NCBI GenBank assembly: GCA_026004395.1
Contig: BPJB01000001.1
Location: 969,226-1,033,225 of the forward strand
Source of the DNA: Patescibacteria group bacterium
GTDB taxonomy: Bacteria; Patescibacteriota; Microgenomatia; Levybacterales; UBA12049
DNA: 64,000 nucleotides
Direction: 5' to 3'
Shown here: positions 19,062 to 30,220 of the stretch, one piece after another
Position numbering within the stretch: the stretch's first letter is position 1
How the letters are laid out: each line of letters starts with the position of its first letter
The notes under the pieces: model-generated
What the model saw: the letters and a program-made list of their open reading frames with translations, nothing else
What the model was told of the DNA's origin: nothing
Database searches by the model: none
Program-made: the position numbers and the translations under genes

Positions 19062-19898
19062 TTGCTTTTTATTCACAATAATCTACCTGCCAATACATCC
19101 TACTGCCTAAAAATCTTTATGCAAATCTCCCAAACACTAGTTTCGATCTTGCTTCCTGTCCGCAATAATGAAGACACACTATCTCTCTGCCTTGAAAGTC
19201 TTTTATCGCAAACCTACAAAGATCTTGAGATTATAGCTATAGATGATAACTCCTCAGATGACTCATTTGCTATTTTGCGCCGCTATCGCAGAATAGATAA
19301 GCGTCTTCACATTTATCGCAACGTTAAATATTATGGCCTATCCGTTACCTTAAATCGCGCCGTTAAAAAAGCACGCGGCAGATATATTGCCTTTATGAAT
19401 CCAAAAGATATGTCCACAACTGATAGACTTAAACGACAAGTAAACTTTCTTGAGCGCAATCCAAAAGTTGCCGCAGTTGGAACGCAGGCAAGTTTTGTTA
19501 CTAGTAAAGGTAAAAAATGGGGCAAGAGCAACTTCCCTACAGACCAGCATGACATTAGTAGATTTTTTCTTCATACTGACACACTGCAACTGGAAAGCAT
19601 AATGATTAATCGTTATCTTCTTCCTAAGGATCTTATCACCTTTGAAAAGCAAAAGTATCCCATTATTTATAAATCACTTCTGGCAAAAGTAATGCAGTAC
19701 GGTATGATTGCCAACTTAAATCAGTATCTATATATCCGAACAAAAGAAGAAAAACACAACCTTGATGATATAACAAATAAAATTCTTCCTCATATTATCC
19801 TCTGGATCAAGGCTAGATTCATTTATGATGGAGAAACCAAGCCTACGTGGAACTCTCTTCTTTCTCCGCTGAATAATCGCATAAAATCCTCATTGTGA
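19062..19898 (+). CDS. family 2 glycosyltransferase (GT2)
   Basis: LPVRNNEDTLSLCLESLLSQTYKDLEIIAIDDNSSDDS is the canonical GT2 N-terminal motif with a DxD-like IDD. The ORF-track start is 19062; the ATG at 19119 (MQISQ) is the probable start. Confidence 0.7.
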   Translation: MLFIHNNLPANTSYCLKIFMQISQTLVSILLPVRNNEDTLSLCLESLLSQTYKDLEIIAIDDNSSDDSFAILRRYRRIDKRLHIYRNVKYYGLSVTLNRAVKKARGRYIAFMNPKDMSTTDRLKRQVNFLERNPKVAAVGTQASFVTSKGKKWGKSNFPTDQHDISRFFLHTDTLQLESIMINRYLLPKDLITFEKQKYPIIYKSLLAKVMQYGMIANLNQYLYIRTKEEKHNLDDITNKILPHIILWIKARFIYDGETKPTWNSLLSPLNNRIKSSL

Positions 19899-20271
19899 TT
19901 TGATAATTGAAACTAATACTTTTTACCTCAAAGAATACAGCTCACGATACAATTTCACAAAGTATCTTACTCTATTATTAGTTACAGCACTCTAGCATTT
20001 TTCTACATTTAAATAACATCTTTCCTAAAGTTGTTGGATCTTTTATATCCATGGACTCTTCAAATAATTCCTAGACAAGTACATCAAACGCATCTTTTAA
20101 GAAACCATTCTAAACTGGATAATCCTAGACGAAAATTAGTTAGCAAAAGAAAACAACGAATGCAGTTCTAAAGCGTTGACTTGTATCTTAGCACCGTGCC
20201 AAAACTTGTCTTACCACACAATAAATCATCCATTTGATTTAGCAAATCATCTTTTGTCATTCCTAAAAAAT

Positions 20272-20345
20272 TTATCCAAATATTATCCAAAAGTTATCCA
20301 CATTTTTTTATTAAAAAAATTTTTATTGATATATCAATCCATTCT
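20272..20345 (+). promoter_or_regulatory. three phased DnaA-box-like 9-mers plus AT-rich tract (candidate oriC/DnaA-binding module)
   Basis: TTATCCAAA at 20272, TTATCCAAA at 20283 and TTATCCACA (exact consensus) at 20294, head-to-tail with 11 bp spacing. They are followed by TTTTTTTATTAAAAAAATTTTTATTGATATATCAATCC. The surrounding 1.16 kb is gene-free. Confidence 0.4.
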
Positions 20346-20900
20346 CTCAATAAAATACTCTAGGACTATGATATATTTGTATATAAAATGCTATAGGTTG
20401 ACAATAAACGCTGAGTATGCTAGTATCTAAGATGTGAAATTGTTTCATCTTTTCAAACGCACAAAAAAGAGAAGAAAAACACTAGATGACTATCAGAGAG
20501 AGATGTTGGTCAGACAAGGACGTCAACAGTTCCAAAAGCTTGTTGAAAAAGGATTAGGAATTCCGATTGGACTTTTATAAAGTCCAACACAAAAAAAGAG
20601 CATCGCTTTCGTTACGTAAGAATTGATGAGTTCGTCTAAGTACGATAAGCAATGCTCTTGGGTAAAAGGCATTTAGTCCTTCAGGCAGGAAATAAAACTA
20701 AGTGCCAAGTACATTTATAAGAAAAACAGGAAAAATTGTCAAGAAAAATGGATGAAGCTAAAACTGCCATTTTTTCTTGAAAATGCAAGATTTTTCATAA
20801 TAATTTTTCACGCTCAACAATGACTCACTCTTTTATTAAAAAGAGAAAAATTTGTCTCTTACACAGACAAAAAAATGAGCGTCTAGAAGAATCAGAAAAT

Positions 20901-20985
20901 GTAAAGTTCTTGTCACTTGCAAGGAAGTAGGAGTGTAGGGCAGGCATTCCTACTTCCTTGGAGGTTGAAGTAACAAGAACTTTAC
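20901..20985. terminator. long imperfect hairpin (about 85 nt), bidirectional-terminator-like or structured RNA
   Basis: A perfect 13-bp outer stem (GTAAAGTTCTTGT/ACAAGAACTTTAC) and a perfect 10-bp inner stem (GGAAGTAGGA/TCCTACTTCC) separated by an internal loop. T-rich sequence lies on both sides. Located 73 nt downstream of the stop of the minus-strand gene 21058..21864. Confidence 0.35.
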
Positions 20986-21057
20986 TCTAGTAATATATTT
21001 TTCTAGGTAATTTAAAAAGTAGTTTTACGCAAATTAACCACTCTGGCTATAAATTCA

Positions 21058-21864
21058 TTAAATCTTTTTCGCAAACAATATTCTACCTGTTGCTGTCTGT
21101 ATAACCCGCGATACAACAACATCAATTGTTTTTCCAACAAATGCCGCTCCTTCTTCAACAACGATCATCGTCCCATCATCAAGATATCCAACGCCTTGTG
21201 TGCTGTCTTTACCAGGATGCAGGAGTTTGACATGCAAAGATTCTCCTGGTACAGCAATGACCTTGAGGCTATTAGCTAAAGCATTCATATTAACTGTTGG
21301 CACGTTTTCAATTGTTGCCTTTTTTTCCAGATTATAGTCACAAGTGATAATCTTGCCTTTAAAATTTTTTGCGGTACGGATAAGTTTTTCATCCACCTCA
21401 AGTGGTTTTTCTAAAATGTCTTTTTCCTCATCTTCTGTCAAAGTCACAAGCTTCATTGTTTTTTTCTTTCTTAGTTTTTCCAAAAACTCAAGTCCCTTTC
21501 TACCTCTCTCCCGTTTTACAGTATCTTGAGAGTCAGCAAGCCTTTTGAGCTCCTGCAAAATACTTTGAGTGATAACAATAACGCCATTAAGAAGACCAAG
21601 ATCTATGACGTCAAAAATACGGCCATCAATAATAGCTGAGGTATCAAGGAAAATGGGGTACTCTAGTTTTTTCTGTTTTACCCTTTTTTTTCTAGTAGAA
21701 ACTCTCTTAGGAACAGGAAACATATTAGGGAGGCGAAGCATGATAGTCTTGGCTACCTCATCGGCAAGAGCACCAACGAGCTTAGGTGGAAGAGTAAGAG
21801 GATTCTGCAACCCTTTATCTGATGCTTCTTCTTTTGTTTTTTGTTGCTTTTTGCGCTCTGCCAT
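21058..21864 (-). CDS. PIN-domain plus TRAM-domain protein (YacL-like)
   Basis: PIN core IFLDTSAIIDGRIFDVIDLG...ITQSILQELKRLAD and C-terminal TRAM-like GKTIDVVVSRVIQTATGRILFAKKI. It lies immediately downstream of radA, as yacL does in Firmicutes. Confidence 0.7.
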   Translation of the reverse strand: MAERKKQQKTKEEASDKGLQNPLTLPPKLVGALADEVAKTIMLRLPNMFPVPKRVSTRKKRVKQKKLEYPIFLDTSAIIDGRIFDVIDLGLLNGVIVITQSILQELKRLADSQDTVKRERGRKGLEFLEKLRKKKTMKLVTLTEDEEKDILEKPLEVDEKLIRTAKNFKGKIITCDYNLEKKATIENVPTVNMNALANSLKVIAVPGESLHVKLLHPGKDSTQGVGYLDDGTMIVVEEGAAFVGKTIDVVVSRVIQTATGRILFAKKI

Positions 21865-21955
21865 AATATTTGATTTTCATTTTATAGTTTTCAGCTTTCA
21901 TTAATCTCATAGAGTTTACCAAAGCAGATAGTGAAAATTGAAAACCAGCAAAAAA

Positions 21956-23341
21956 TTATTTTTTACTCTCCAATGATTTTAACACATCATTAAGAAATTT
22001 GCTTGATTTAACAGTTAAAATATTAGTAAACCCTAGTTTTTTCGCTTCCTTAATGCGCTTCTCCAACGAAGAGACTTCACGCAACTCACCCAAGAGTCCT
22101 ACTTCAGCAATTCCCACAATTTTGCTAAGTGAAATATTCTTAATACTCGAATAGATCGCAAGACAAACCCCTAAATCTATAGCTGGATCTGAAATCTTTA
22201 ATCCTCCTGCAACATTGACAAAAACATCCATTGTATCAAGAGGAAGTCCGCAGTGCTTTTGCAACACCGCAAGAAGAAGTTCAACGCGTTTTTGATCCAC
22301 TCCTGAGACGACTCTACGAGGCATAGGAAGTTTCGAAGAAACTACCAATGCCTGTAACTCTACCAAGAAAGCTCTACTCCCCTCCATTGTCACTACAAGG
22401 ACTGTTCCTGGTACATCACCTGATCTCTGAGAGAGAAAAATCTGTTCTGGATTAGCAATTTCTTTGAGTCCTTCTTCATCCATGATGAAGATCCCAACTT
22501 CATCCACAGGTCCAAATCTGTTTTTAAGTGATCGCAGAATACGTGTTTTGGTGAACTTCTCACCCTCAAGAAAAAGTACTGTATCTACCATATGTGAGAG
22601 TACCATAGGTCCTGCCACCATTCCTTCTTTGGTTACATGACCAACTAATATCACAGGAATATTGAATTGCTTTGCAGCGCGTATAAAATGGAGAGCTGCG
22701 TATCTTACTTGTCCTACTGATCCTGAGAGTCCTTCAAGATTTGTTGACTGCATTGTCTGGATCGAATCCACAATCACCAAATCTGGTTTTAGTGACTGAA
22801 TATGTGAAAATGCAATATCTGGATCTGACAAGGATATGAGAAATAACGAATCACTAATTTGTACATTTTCTCTCTCTGGAGAGTTATTCGCTGACTTTTG
22901 ATTGAAAGTTTTTATAAGTCTATCTGCTCTCATTTTGATTTGCTCTATTGATTCTTCTCCTGATATATAGAGAACTTGCAGTCCTTTCTGAGCTAAGGAA
23001 AGGCATAACTGAAGTAAAAGTGTTGACTTTCCAACACCCGGATCTCCTGCCAATAGCGTGGCTGAGCCGACAACGATCCCGCCACCAAGAACTGTGTTCA
23101 ATTCATTAAATTTTGTTTGTATTCTCAATCTTTCTTTATACGCAATATCTGAAAGTTTTCGAGGTAAATCCTGTTTTAAATTATCCACCCAAGAAGATCC
23201 ACTATCAAAAGCACTTGATGGTTGTTTAAACTCCGCAAAGGTATTCCACAGACCACACTCTGGACATTTACCTAAATAGGCAGGACTATCATAACCACAC
23301 TGTTGACAGACAAAAGATGTCTTTATTTTCTTTTTAACCAT
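21956..23341 (-). CDS. radA: DNA repair protein RadA/Sms
   Basis: N-terminal zinc finger CQQCGYDSPAYLGKCPECG, Walker A GDPGVGKSTLLLQ, the RadA-specific KNRFG motif, and a Lon-protease-like C-terminal domain. Confidence 0.9.
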   Translation of the reverse strand: MVKKKIKTSFVCQQCGYDSPAYLGKCPECGLWNTFAEFKQPSSAFDSGSSWVDNLKQDLPRKLSDIAYKERLRIQTKFNELNTVLGGGIVVGSATLLAGDPGVGKSTLLLQLCLSLAQKGLQVLYISGEESIEQIKMRADRLIKTFNQKSANNSPERENVQISDSLFLISLSDPDIAFSHIQSLKPDLVIVDSIQTMQSTNLEGLSGSVGQVRYAALHFIRAAKQFNIPVILVGHVTKEGMVAGPMVLSHMVDTVLFLEGEKFTKTRILRSLKNRFGPVDEVGIFIMDEEGLKEIANPEQIFLSQRSGDVPGTVLVVTMEGSRAFLVELQALVVSSKLPMPRRVVSGVDQKRVELLLAVLQKHCGLPLDTMDVFVNVAGGLKISDPAIDLGVCLAIYSSIKNISLSKIVGIAEVGLLGELREVSSLEKRIKEAKKLGFTNILTVKSSKFLNDVLKSLESKK

Positions 23342-23791
23342 GTGGAATAGTATACAACATTACGTTAATTTATTGTTACTCTCAAGTTTGACTTTATAGC
23401 GAAGTTCTTCGATGAAGACTGTGTCTCTGGGCTTTCCTTTGTCTGAAGATTAATTTGCACATTATGAATATTACCAATAATATTCTTGAGATCATCAAGT
23501 GTATCCTCTACTTCTGCCCTTTATTAAAACGTTCATAAAGTGGAATAAAAATTTCCTGTTATATTTAAATCCCTGCATTTAATGCCGCACTTATTTTATT
23601 TCTTACATTGCGAATAAAACAAGTCCAACACCTAAATTCCTTCTGTTTTTACAACATGCTGAGGTGATTTTCTTGCATTTTACATCCTCCTGCTTTAATA
23701 AAGCATCTGTTTATCTTGCTCATATTTTCCTGGGAATGGAGCTAAATAAATATTTCTCAGTTTACCAACACGACGCAGTTAATCAACAAAA

Positions 23792-24943
23792 CTAGCGGTA
23801 CATTAGAGGTTTTTCCTTCAGAATGGGAGTTAATTCAATTCGACGTCTGCGTGTATCGTGTGCACTAACGACAGCACTTACATTCTGACCAATCTCATAC
23901 TTTGTTGTTGGAGAAATCTTTTCCTTTTTGATCACTCCTTCTATACCCTCACCCAAATCCACAATAACATTCCCTTCTTCTATACGAATTACTTCACCTG
24001 AAACTTCTCTATCTATGTAAAACTTTTCTTTGAGTTTTTCAAAAGGATCTTCTTGCAATCTTTTAATTGATAGATCAACACGTCTCTCATCTACGTTAAC
24101 TCCAATCACAACACACTCGACTGTATCACCTATTTTATAAGCTGCTAGAGGATTATCTAGTTTTTCCCATGAAATTTCTGAGATATGAATAAATCCGTCT
24201 AACATCAGATCTTCTCTGTCTTGAGAACTAAAAGTGACGAAATAACCAAAAGGGGTAATCGCTCTAATCTGAGCTTTAATCGTATCTCCTACTTTTACTC
24301 CAGATACCAAAGTTTTAAAGTTTTCAACAGGGATTGTTGCTTTTTGCGAAAAAATGACTTTTTTGCTCCTTTTATCAAGATCAACTACAACAACAGAGAC
24401 TGTTTTCCCTACATTAAGCAAATGAGCTTGAGAAGCAAGAACGTGCGAAAAGGGCAAAAAGCCTGTTTGTCCGTCATCCGTAAGCACAATATATCCTCCT
24501 TTGGTTACCTCTGTAATGTTGACTTTGATTACTGATCCCTCTCTTTTTAATTTCTCCAATCTTTTCCATCGCTGATCTTCTATAAACTGTCTGAGTGAGA
24601 CTAGTGGTTGTCCTGATTCAGACTCTGTACTTACAACTGTAGCTTCCACCTCATCCCCTTCTTTCACAAAGGCATGAAGTATTTTTGCCAAATGAGGATC
24701 TTTTTCAATAACTAACGCCTCTCCTCTTGGATGTAAATCAACAAGTATTTCATTTTTGTTGATTTTGATTATTTTTCCTTTGACGATATCGCCTTTTTTA
24801 AGAGGAACAAAAAAATTGCTGTATTTGGCCATCAACTCAGACATTGAAGTGGCTCTTTTCCTATCCCCGTTATGACTATTGGTTGATTGCTTTTGAGAAA
24901 TTTGTTCATCAGATACGTCTTTAGTAGTTGATGAAGATGCCAT
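23792..24943 (-). CDS. protein with four S1 RNA-binding domains (ribosomal protein S1-like)
   Basis: Four tandem S1-type OB folds (recurring GxV.G.V..I...G.FV..). The 383 aa length is shorter than canonical RpsA. Confidence 0.75.
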   Translation of the reverse strand: MASSSTTKDVSDEQISQKQSTNSHNGDRKRATSMSELMAKYSNFFVPLKKGDIVKGKIIKINKNEILVDLHPRGEALVIEKDPHLAKILHAFVKEGDEVEATVVSTESESGQPLVSLRQFIEDQRWKRLEKLKREGSVIKVNITEVTKGGYIVLTDDGQTGFLPFSHVLASQAHLLNVGKTVSVVVVDLDKRSKKVIFSQKATIPVENFKTLVSGVKVGDTIKAQIRAITPFGYFVTFSSQDREDLMLDGFIHISEISWEKLDNPLAAYKIGDTVECVVIGVNVDERRVDLSIKRLQEDPFEKLKEKFYIDREVSGEVIRIEEGNVIVDLGEGIEGVIKKEKISPTTKYEIGQNVSAVVSAHDTRRRRIELTPILKEKPLMYR

Positions 24944-25204
24944 GGATCATATCCGCCTTTCCTTTCAGAGTAATACACAGTATAGCATACGAGGAAGTAA
25001 AGCGCAAAAATGAAATATTGCTTCGACAATATGATTAAGTTAAAAGTGAATCATTCACACAGCAGCTAATGTATTAATCAAGATCTTTTTCGTCCATATG
25101 GGTATTATTTTTAAAGATAACAGAGTCTTTCTGTGCAATACTTGACCTTAAGATAACTTAACTCTGACAAAAAAGAGAAAAATCAGACAATCTTGCCAAT
25201 TAAC

Positions 25205-25240
25205 AAAAAAACCGCTCAACGCGGTTTTTTGTCTTTTTTC
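25205..25240 (-). terminator. Rho-independent terminator downstream of 5S rRNA (bidirectional)
   Basis: AAAAAACCGC-TCAA-CGCGGTTTTTTGTCTTTTTTC is a GC stem flanked by an A-run and a T-run, placed just 3' of the 5S gene on the minus strand. Confidence 0.6.
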
Positions 25241-25250
25241 GTACGTAATT

Positions 25251-25364
25251 ATCGGCATCGACCCATTGTCCCTCGGCGATAGCCGAAGTATCGTAGGCGC
25301 TGGTGTGTTTCACTTCTCTGTTCGGAATGGGAAGAGGTGGGTCCACACCGCTTCAGACACCGAC
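25251..25364 (-). rRNA. rrf: 5S ribosomal RNA
   Basis: Reverse complement reads GTCGGTGTCTGAAGCGGTGTGGACCCACCTCTTCCCATTCCGAACAGAGAAGTGAAACACACCAGCGCCTACGATACTTCGGC..., which matches the conserved 5S core (CCCATTCCGAAC..GAAGTGAAAC). Ends are +/-5 nt. Confidence 0.7.
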
Positions 25365-25659
25365 AAATACGTACGAAAAATTCGTTTTTTTTATAAGAGA
25401 ACTCCTTAACAAGTGAAGAGATGACCCTCAAGCATGTTTCTTGATCCCAACGGAAAGCAGAAACACGATTGAAGGTGGAAATTACTCTGAACTTCTGGAA
25501 AGTACAGAAGACAGAGAAAAGTTGTCTAAAATCTACTGCTTGACCATTAGTACGGGTAGGCTTAACACATTGCTGTGCTTCCACCGCCCGCCTATCAACC
25601 TCGTAATCTTCAAGGGGTCTTCGCAGCCTTGCGGCTGCATGAGATCTAATCTTGGAGAC

Positions 25660-25692
<33 letters not shown>

Positions 25693-25835
25693 GATGGGAA
25701 TATAGCTACCCAGCGCTGCTCCGCTTTTACGGAACAACTGGCACACCAGGGATTCCCTCATCCCAGTCCTCTCGTACTAGGGACGAACCTCCTCAAATCT
25801 CAAACGGACATACAGGATAGAGACCGAACTGTCTT

Positions 25836-25870
<35 letters not shown>

Positions 25871-25907
25871 CTGGCGAACAGCCAGACCCTTGGGACCTCT
25901 AACCTTC

Positions 25908-26660
<753 letters not shown>

Positions 26661-26691
26661 GCATCGTCGCTGTGGACGCTTGGATGCGATC

Positions 26692-26724
<33 letters not shown>

Positions 26725-26753
26725 AAGCTGCGTGCCTACCACTAGGCCTCGCA

Positions 26754-26785
<32 letters not shown>

Positions 26786-27177
26786 GCTTGTTTGCCTCGC
26801 AGTCAAGCCGGCTTTTGCCATTGCGCTATCACTCCGATTTCCATCCGGAGCTAGCCGACCTTTGTGCGGCTCCGTTGCGCTGTAGGAGCCTACCTCCCCA
26901 GTAAAACTGCCCGCCAGACACTGTTCTCTTGCCGTCCATTTATTCGGCTAAGAGTAATGCTCACTCATCCCAAAGAGAGGTATTTCACGATCGGCTGACG
27001 CCTCCCTCCTATTCTAAACAGTTGAGAAAAGCTTGCAAATGCCAAGCTGCAGTAAAGCTCCCGGGGTCTTTTTGTCCATGTATGTCTAGGCCGCGTCTTC
27101 ACAGCCATCTCAATTTCGCCGGGTAGAGGTTCAAGACAGTTGCTCAGTCATTCTACCTTTCGTGCGGGTCGGAACTC

Positions 27178-27857
27178 CACGTATATCCTCAATTACTTGA
27201 GGCGTAGACTATATCTTCATCTAATATCGATAGAAGTTTGTCTTTCAAATATCTTCTTGCACCTAAACCATTCATTTGATAAGAAAGTCTCACAATTTCT
27301 TTTAACCCATCCCTCTTGAGATGTTCCCCTTTATTTACCATTCGGCAAATTGCAGAGAACTTCTCAAAATCTTTCTTTTTAGAAGAAAGTAATGGGTATT
27401 TCAGAAAATGTGGAATAACTTTCTCCATCAAATCTTTTATACTTCTTACCTCATACTTATAAGTTCGATCGCTTGGGTTTCTTCGAATAGTTCCGCATCC
27501 AAGATATTGCTGAAAAATTCTCAATACCTCTTGACGGTCACTATTTTGAGAAACTGAAAAGCTTGGTCGAACTTCAAGTCTTGTTAAAAGTTTTGGTCTA
27601 GGAGAAAATGATATACAAAAACTTCCTTCTCCATCGGTATATCCCGAAAGATAATATCCAATGGAATCTCTATTAGATGCTGGCGTATTAGGCATATATT
27701 CAGTATGCCTCTGACTCATACTTGAGTCAAGTCGTTACAGGGAACGTACCATTTGGTACATTCTTACCCACGGTATTACCCTCGCTATACGCATTCCTTG
27801 TAAATGCAACGCGATAGGGCTCCACCGTTTTTAGCCAGTAAGGGCTTGCTTGTGCTC
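27178..27857 (-). mobile_element. group I intron 2 in 23S rRNA (insertion at the L1917-region site) carrying a LAGLIDADG ORF
   Basis: Exons rejoin as CCTTGTCGGGT|GAGTTCCGACCCGCACG versus E. coli CCTTGTCGGGTAAGTTCCGACCTGCACG. There is a U before the 5' splice site and a terminal intron G. Boundaries +/-5 nt. Confidence 0.65.
27189..27719 (-). CDS. LAGLIDADG homing endonuclease (intron-encoded)
   Basis: YLSGYTDGEGSFCISF is a LAGLIDADG motif. The ORF lies wholly inside intron 2, in the same orientation as the rRNA. Confidence 0.8.
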   Translation of the reverse strand: MSQRHTEYMPNTPASNRDSIGYYLSGYTDGEGSFCISFSPRPKLLTRLEVRPSFSVSQNSDRQEVLRIFQQYLGCGTIRRNPSDRTYKYEVRSIKDLMEKVIPHFLKYPLLSSKKKDFEKFSAICRMVNKGEHLKRDGLKEIVRLSYQMNGLGARRYLKDKLLSILDEDIVYASSN

Positions 27858-28742
27858 ACCCGACAAGGAACTTCGCTACCATAGAACAGTTATAGTTACT
27901 GCTGCCGTTCACCGGAGCTTGTGTCCTCGCCTTCCCCCTTACGAGGGTTAGCAAAAACACTTGACTTACCGGCACTGGGCAGGTGTCAGCCCCTATACCT
28001 TGCCTTTCGGCTTTGCAGGGACCTGTGTTTTAGATAAACAGTTGCTAAGCAGACATTCGCTGCGCCCGCAGACCTAACTGCGGGAAGGCATCTCCCAAAG
28101 GTTACGCCTAGCTTTTTTGCCGAGTTCCTTGAACCTCTTTCTCCCGATCACCTTAGTCTACTCGACCAGCCCACCTGTGTCGGTAATGCGGTACGGCAAA
28201 CTATGCGTTTTGATCCGATAAATCGGATCGTAATGAGGCTTTTCCCGAGAGCTGAAAGCTACAGAATCAGTCCCAATTGCTTGGAACCTTTCATTTGCAG
28301 CTCGATTAAACAGGTGAACGGATTTGCCTGTTCACGCTTATCTTGCTGCTTGGACCGGACGGATCCGGCTCTGCTCTTCCAACTCTGTCACCCCCTTACA
28401 TACGCATAATTTGTACCCGAATTTTAACGGGTTATCCATCAGGCTAACCCCCTTTAACGAGGGATACCCTTAGGGCCGACTGACCCTCCGCTGATTTACA
28501 TTGCGGAGGAAACCTTGGGCATTCGGTGGATAGGTTTCTCACCTATCTCTCGCTACTCATACCGGCATTCTCACTTCTATGCACTCCATCAAGCCTTACA
28601 GCTTGACTTCACTGCGCATAAAACGCTCCCCTACCATTTATACCCTTACGGGCATAAATCTCCAATTTCGGCACAAAGCTTAATCCTCGGTATATTTTCG
28701 GCGCTAGACACCATCCGCCAGTGAGCTGTTACGCTTTCTTTA

Positions 28743-28773
<31 letters not shown>

Positions 28774-29344
28774 GTGTCTGAGGAGTCTAACTTCCTTTCA
28801 AACTTAGCTTTGATTTAGAGGCCTTAAATGGGAGTCTGGGCTGTTTCCCTCTCGACTGATCAGCTTAGCCCGACCAGTCTGACTATCTCGATACATGCAT
28901 CCTGCATTCGGAGTTTGATTTGCTCCGACAGATTGCTCCGCCGGTAGCAATTCAGTGCTCTACCTCAGGGCACAATCGAGACGCTATACCTTAATATATT
29001 TCGGGGAGAACCAGCTATCTCTGGGTTCGATTGGCATGTTACCCCTAACCTCAAGTCATCCCAAGCCATTGCTACGGCCACGGGTTCGGTCCTCCTCCCA
29101 TATTTCTATGGGATTCAACCTGCTCAAGGTTAGCTCACCCAGTTTCGGGTCTATTGCTTGCAACTAATCGCCCAGTTAGGGCACGCTTTCACTCCGTCTT
29201 CGCAAGTTTTCCTTGCTTAAACCAACGCTGCAAACAATAACTCACCGGTTCATTCTTCAATAGGCACGCCGTCATCCGCAAAAGCGGACTCCGACTGCTT
29301 GTTAGCCACTAATTTCAGGTCTATTTCATTCCCCTCCCGGGGTG

Positions 29345-29385
<41 letters not shown>

Positions 29386-30147
29386 ATGTTGATATTTAGC
29401 CTTGGAGTGTGGTCACCCCAGCTTCCCACAAAGTTTACCGTGCTTCGTGGTACTTAGGAACAGGCTATCGGGAGCATGAATTTCGCATACACGCCTTTCA
29501 CGTTCTGTGGGGGACTATTCCGAGTCCTTCTGCTATCCATACTCACATCGAATATCGCCTGCCCTACAACCCTCCGATTTAATCGGAGTTTAGGCTCCTC
29601 CCCTTTCGCTCACCGCTACTTAGGGAATCTCGATGATTTCTTTTCCTGGCCCTACTAAGATGTTTCAGTTCGAGCCGTGCCCAGCTATGCGCTATTTTGA
29701 GAGATTGCTCTCTCATGTTTACGCATAGCTCTCCATCTTACGATGGAGGGGTTGCCCCATTCGGAAACCGCCGGATCACAGGTTCGTGGCACCTCCCCGA
29801 CGAGTATCGCCGCCATGTGCGTCCTTCCTCGGTCAACATCGCCAAGGCATCCATTAGTGGCATTATGAGTAGATTTTTAGACAAAAAATTCTCTTCACTT
29901 GTCAAAGAGCTCTCTCAAGCGGGTAGAGTTATTGATTATACGCAATATAACTAAACTCTACCCAATATCAAGTAACAAATAAATACTTGTACTTTGGGAA
30001 AAACCCCCTCTAACTAGGGGGCTTGTCCCAAAGAACAAGCAGCAAAGAATACTTTTTTAAAAGTACTTTAAGATCTGATAGATCTGAACTTTTGCCAGCG
30101 ATAACTGTTCCACTGCACAACTCATAATTTAAATTATGAGCAAAGAG

Positions 30148-30220
30148 TGGACCGGAAGAGATTCGAACTCTCGACCTTCGCTGTGCAAAAGCGACGCTCT
30201 ACCAACTAAGCTACCGGCCC
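30148..30220 (-). tRNA. tRNA-Ala (anticodon TGC), upstream of 23S in the same orientation
   Basis: Reverse complement GGGCCGGTAGCTTAGTTGGTAGAGCGTCGCTTTTGCACAGCGAAGGTCGAGAGTTCGAATCTCTTCCGGTCCA. G3:U70 pair, anticodon loop TTTGCAC (TGC), perfect cloverleaf. Confidence 0.8.

Noticed and set aside
20176-20430. 84 aa ORF 20176..20430 in the gene desert
   Set aside because: It spans the DnaA-box cluster and the AT tract. The composition is extreme and there is no RBS. Judged a chance ORF in AT-rich DNA.
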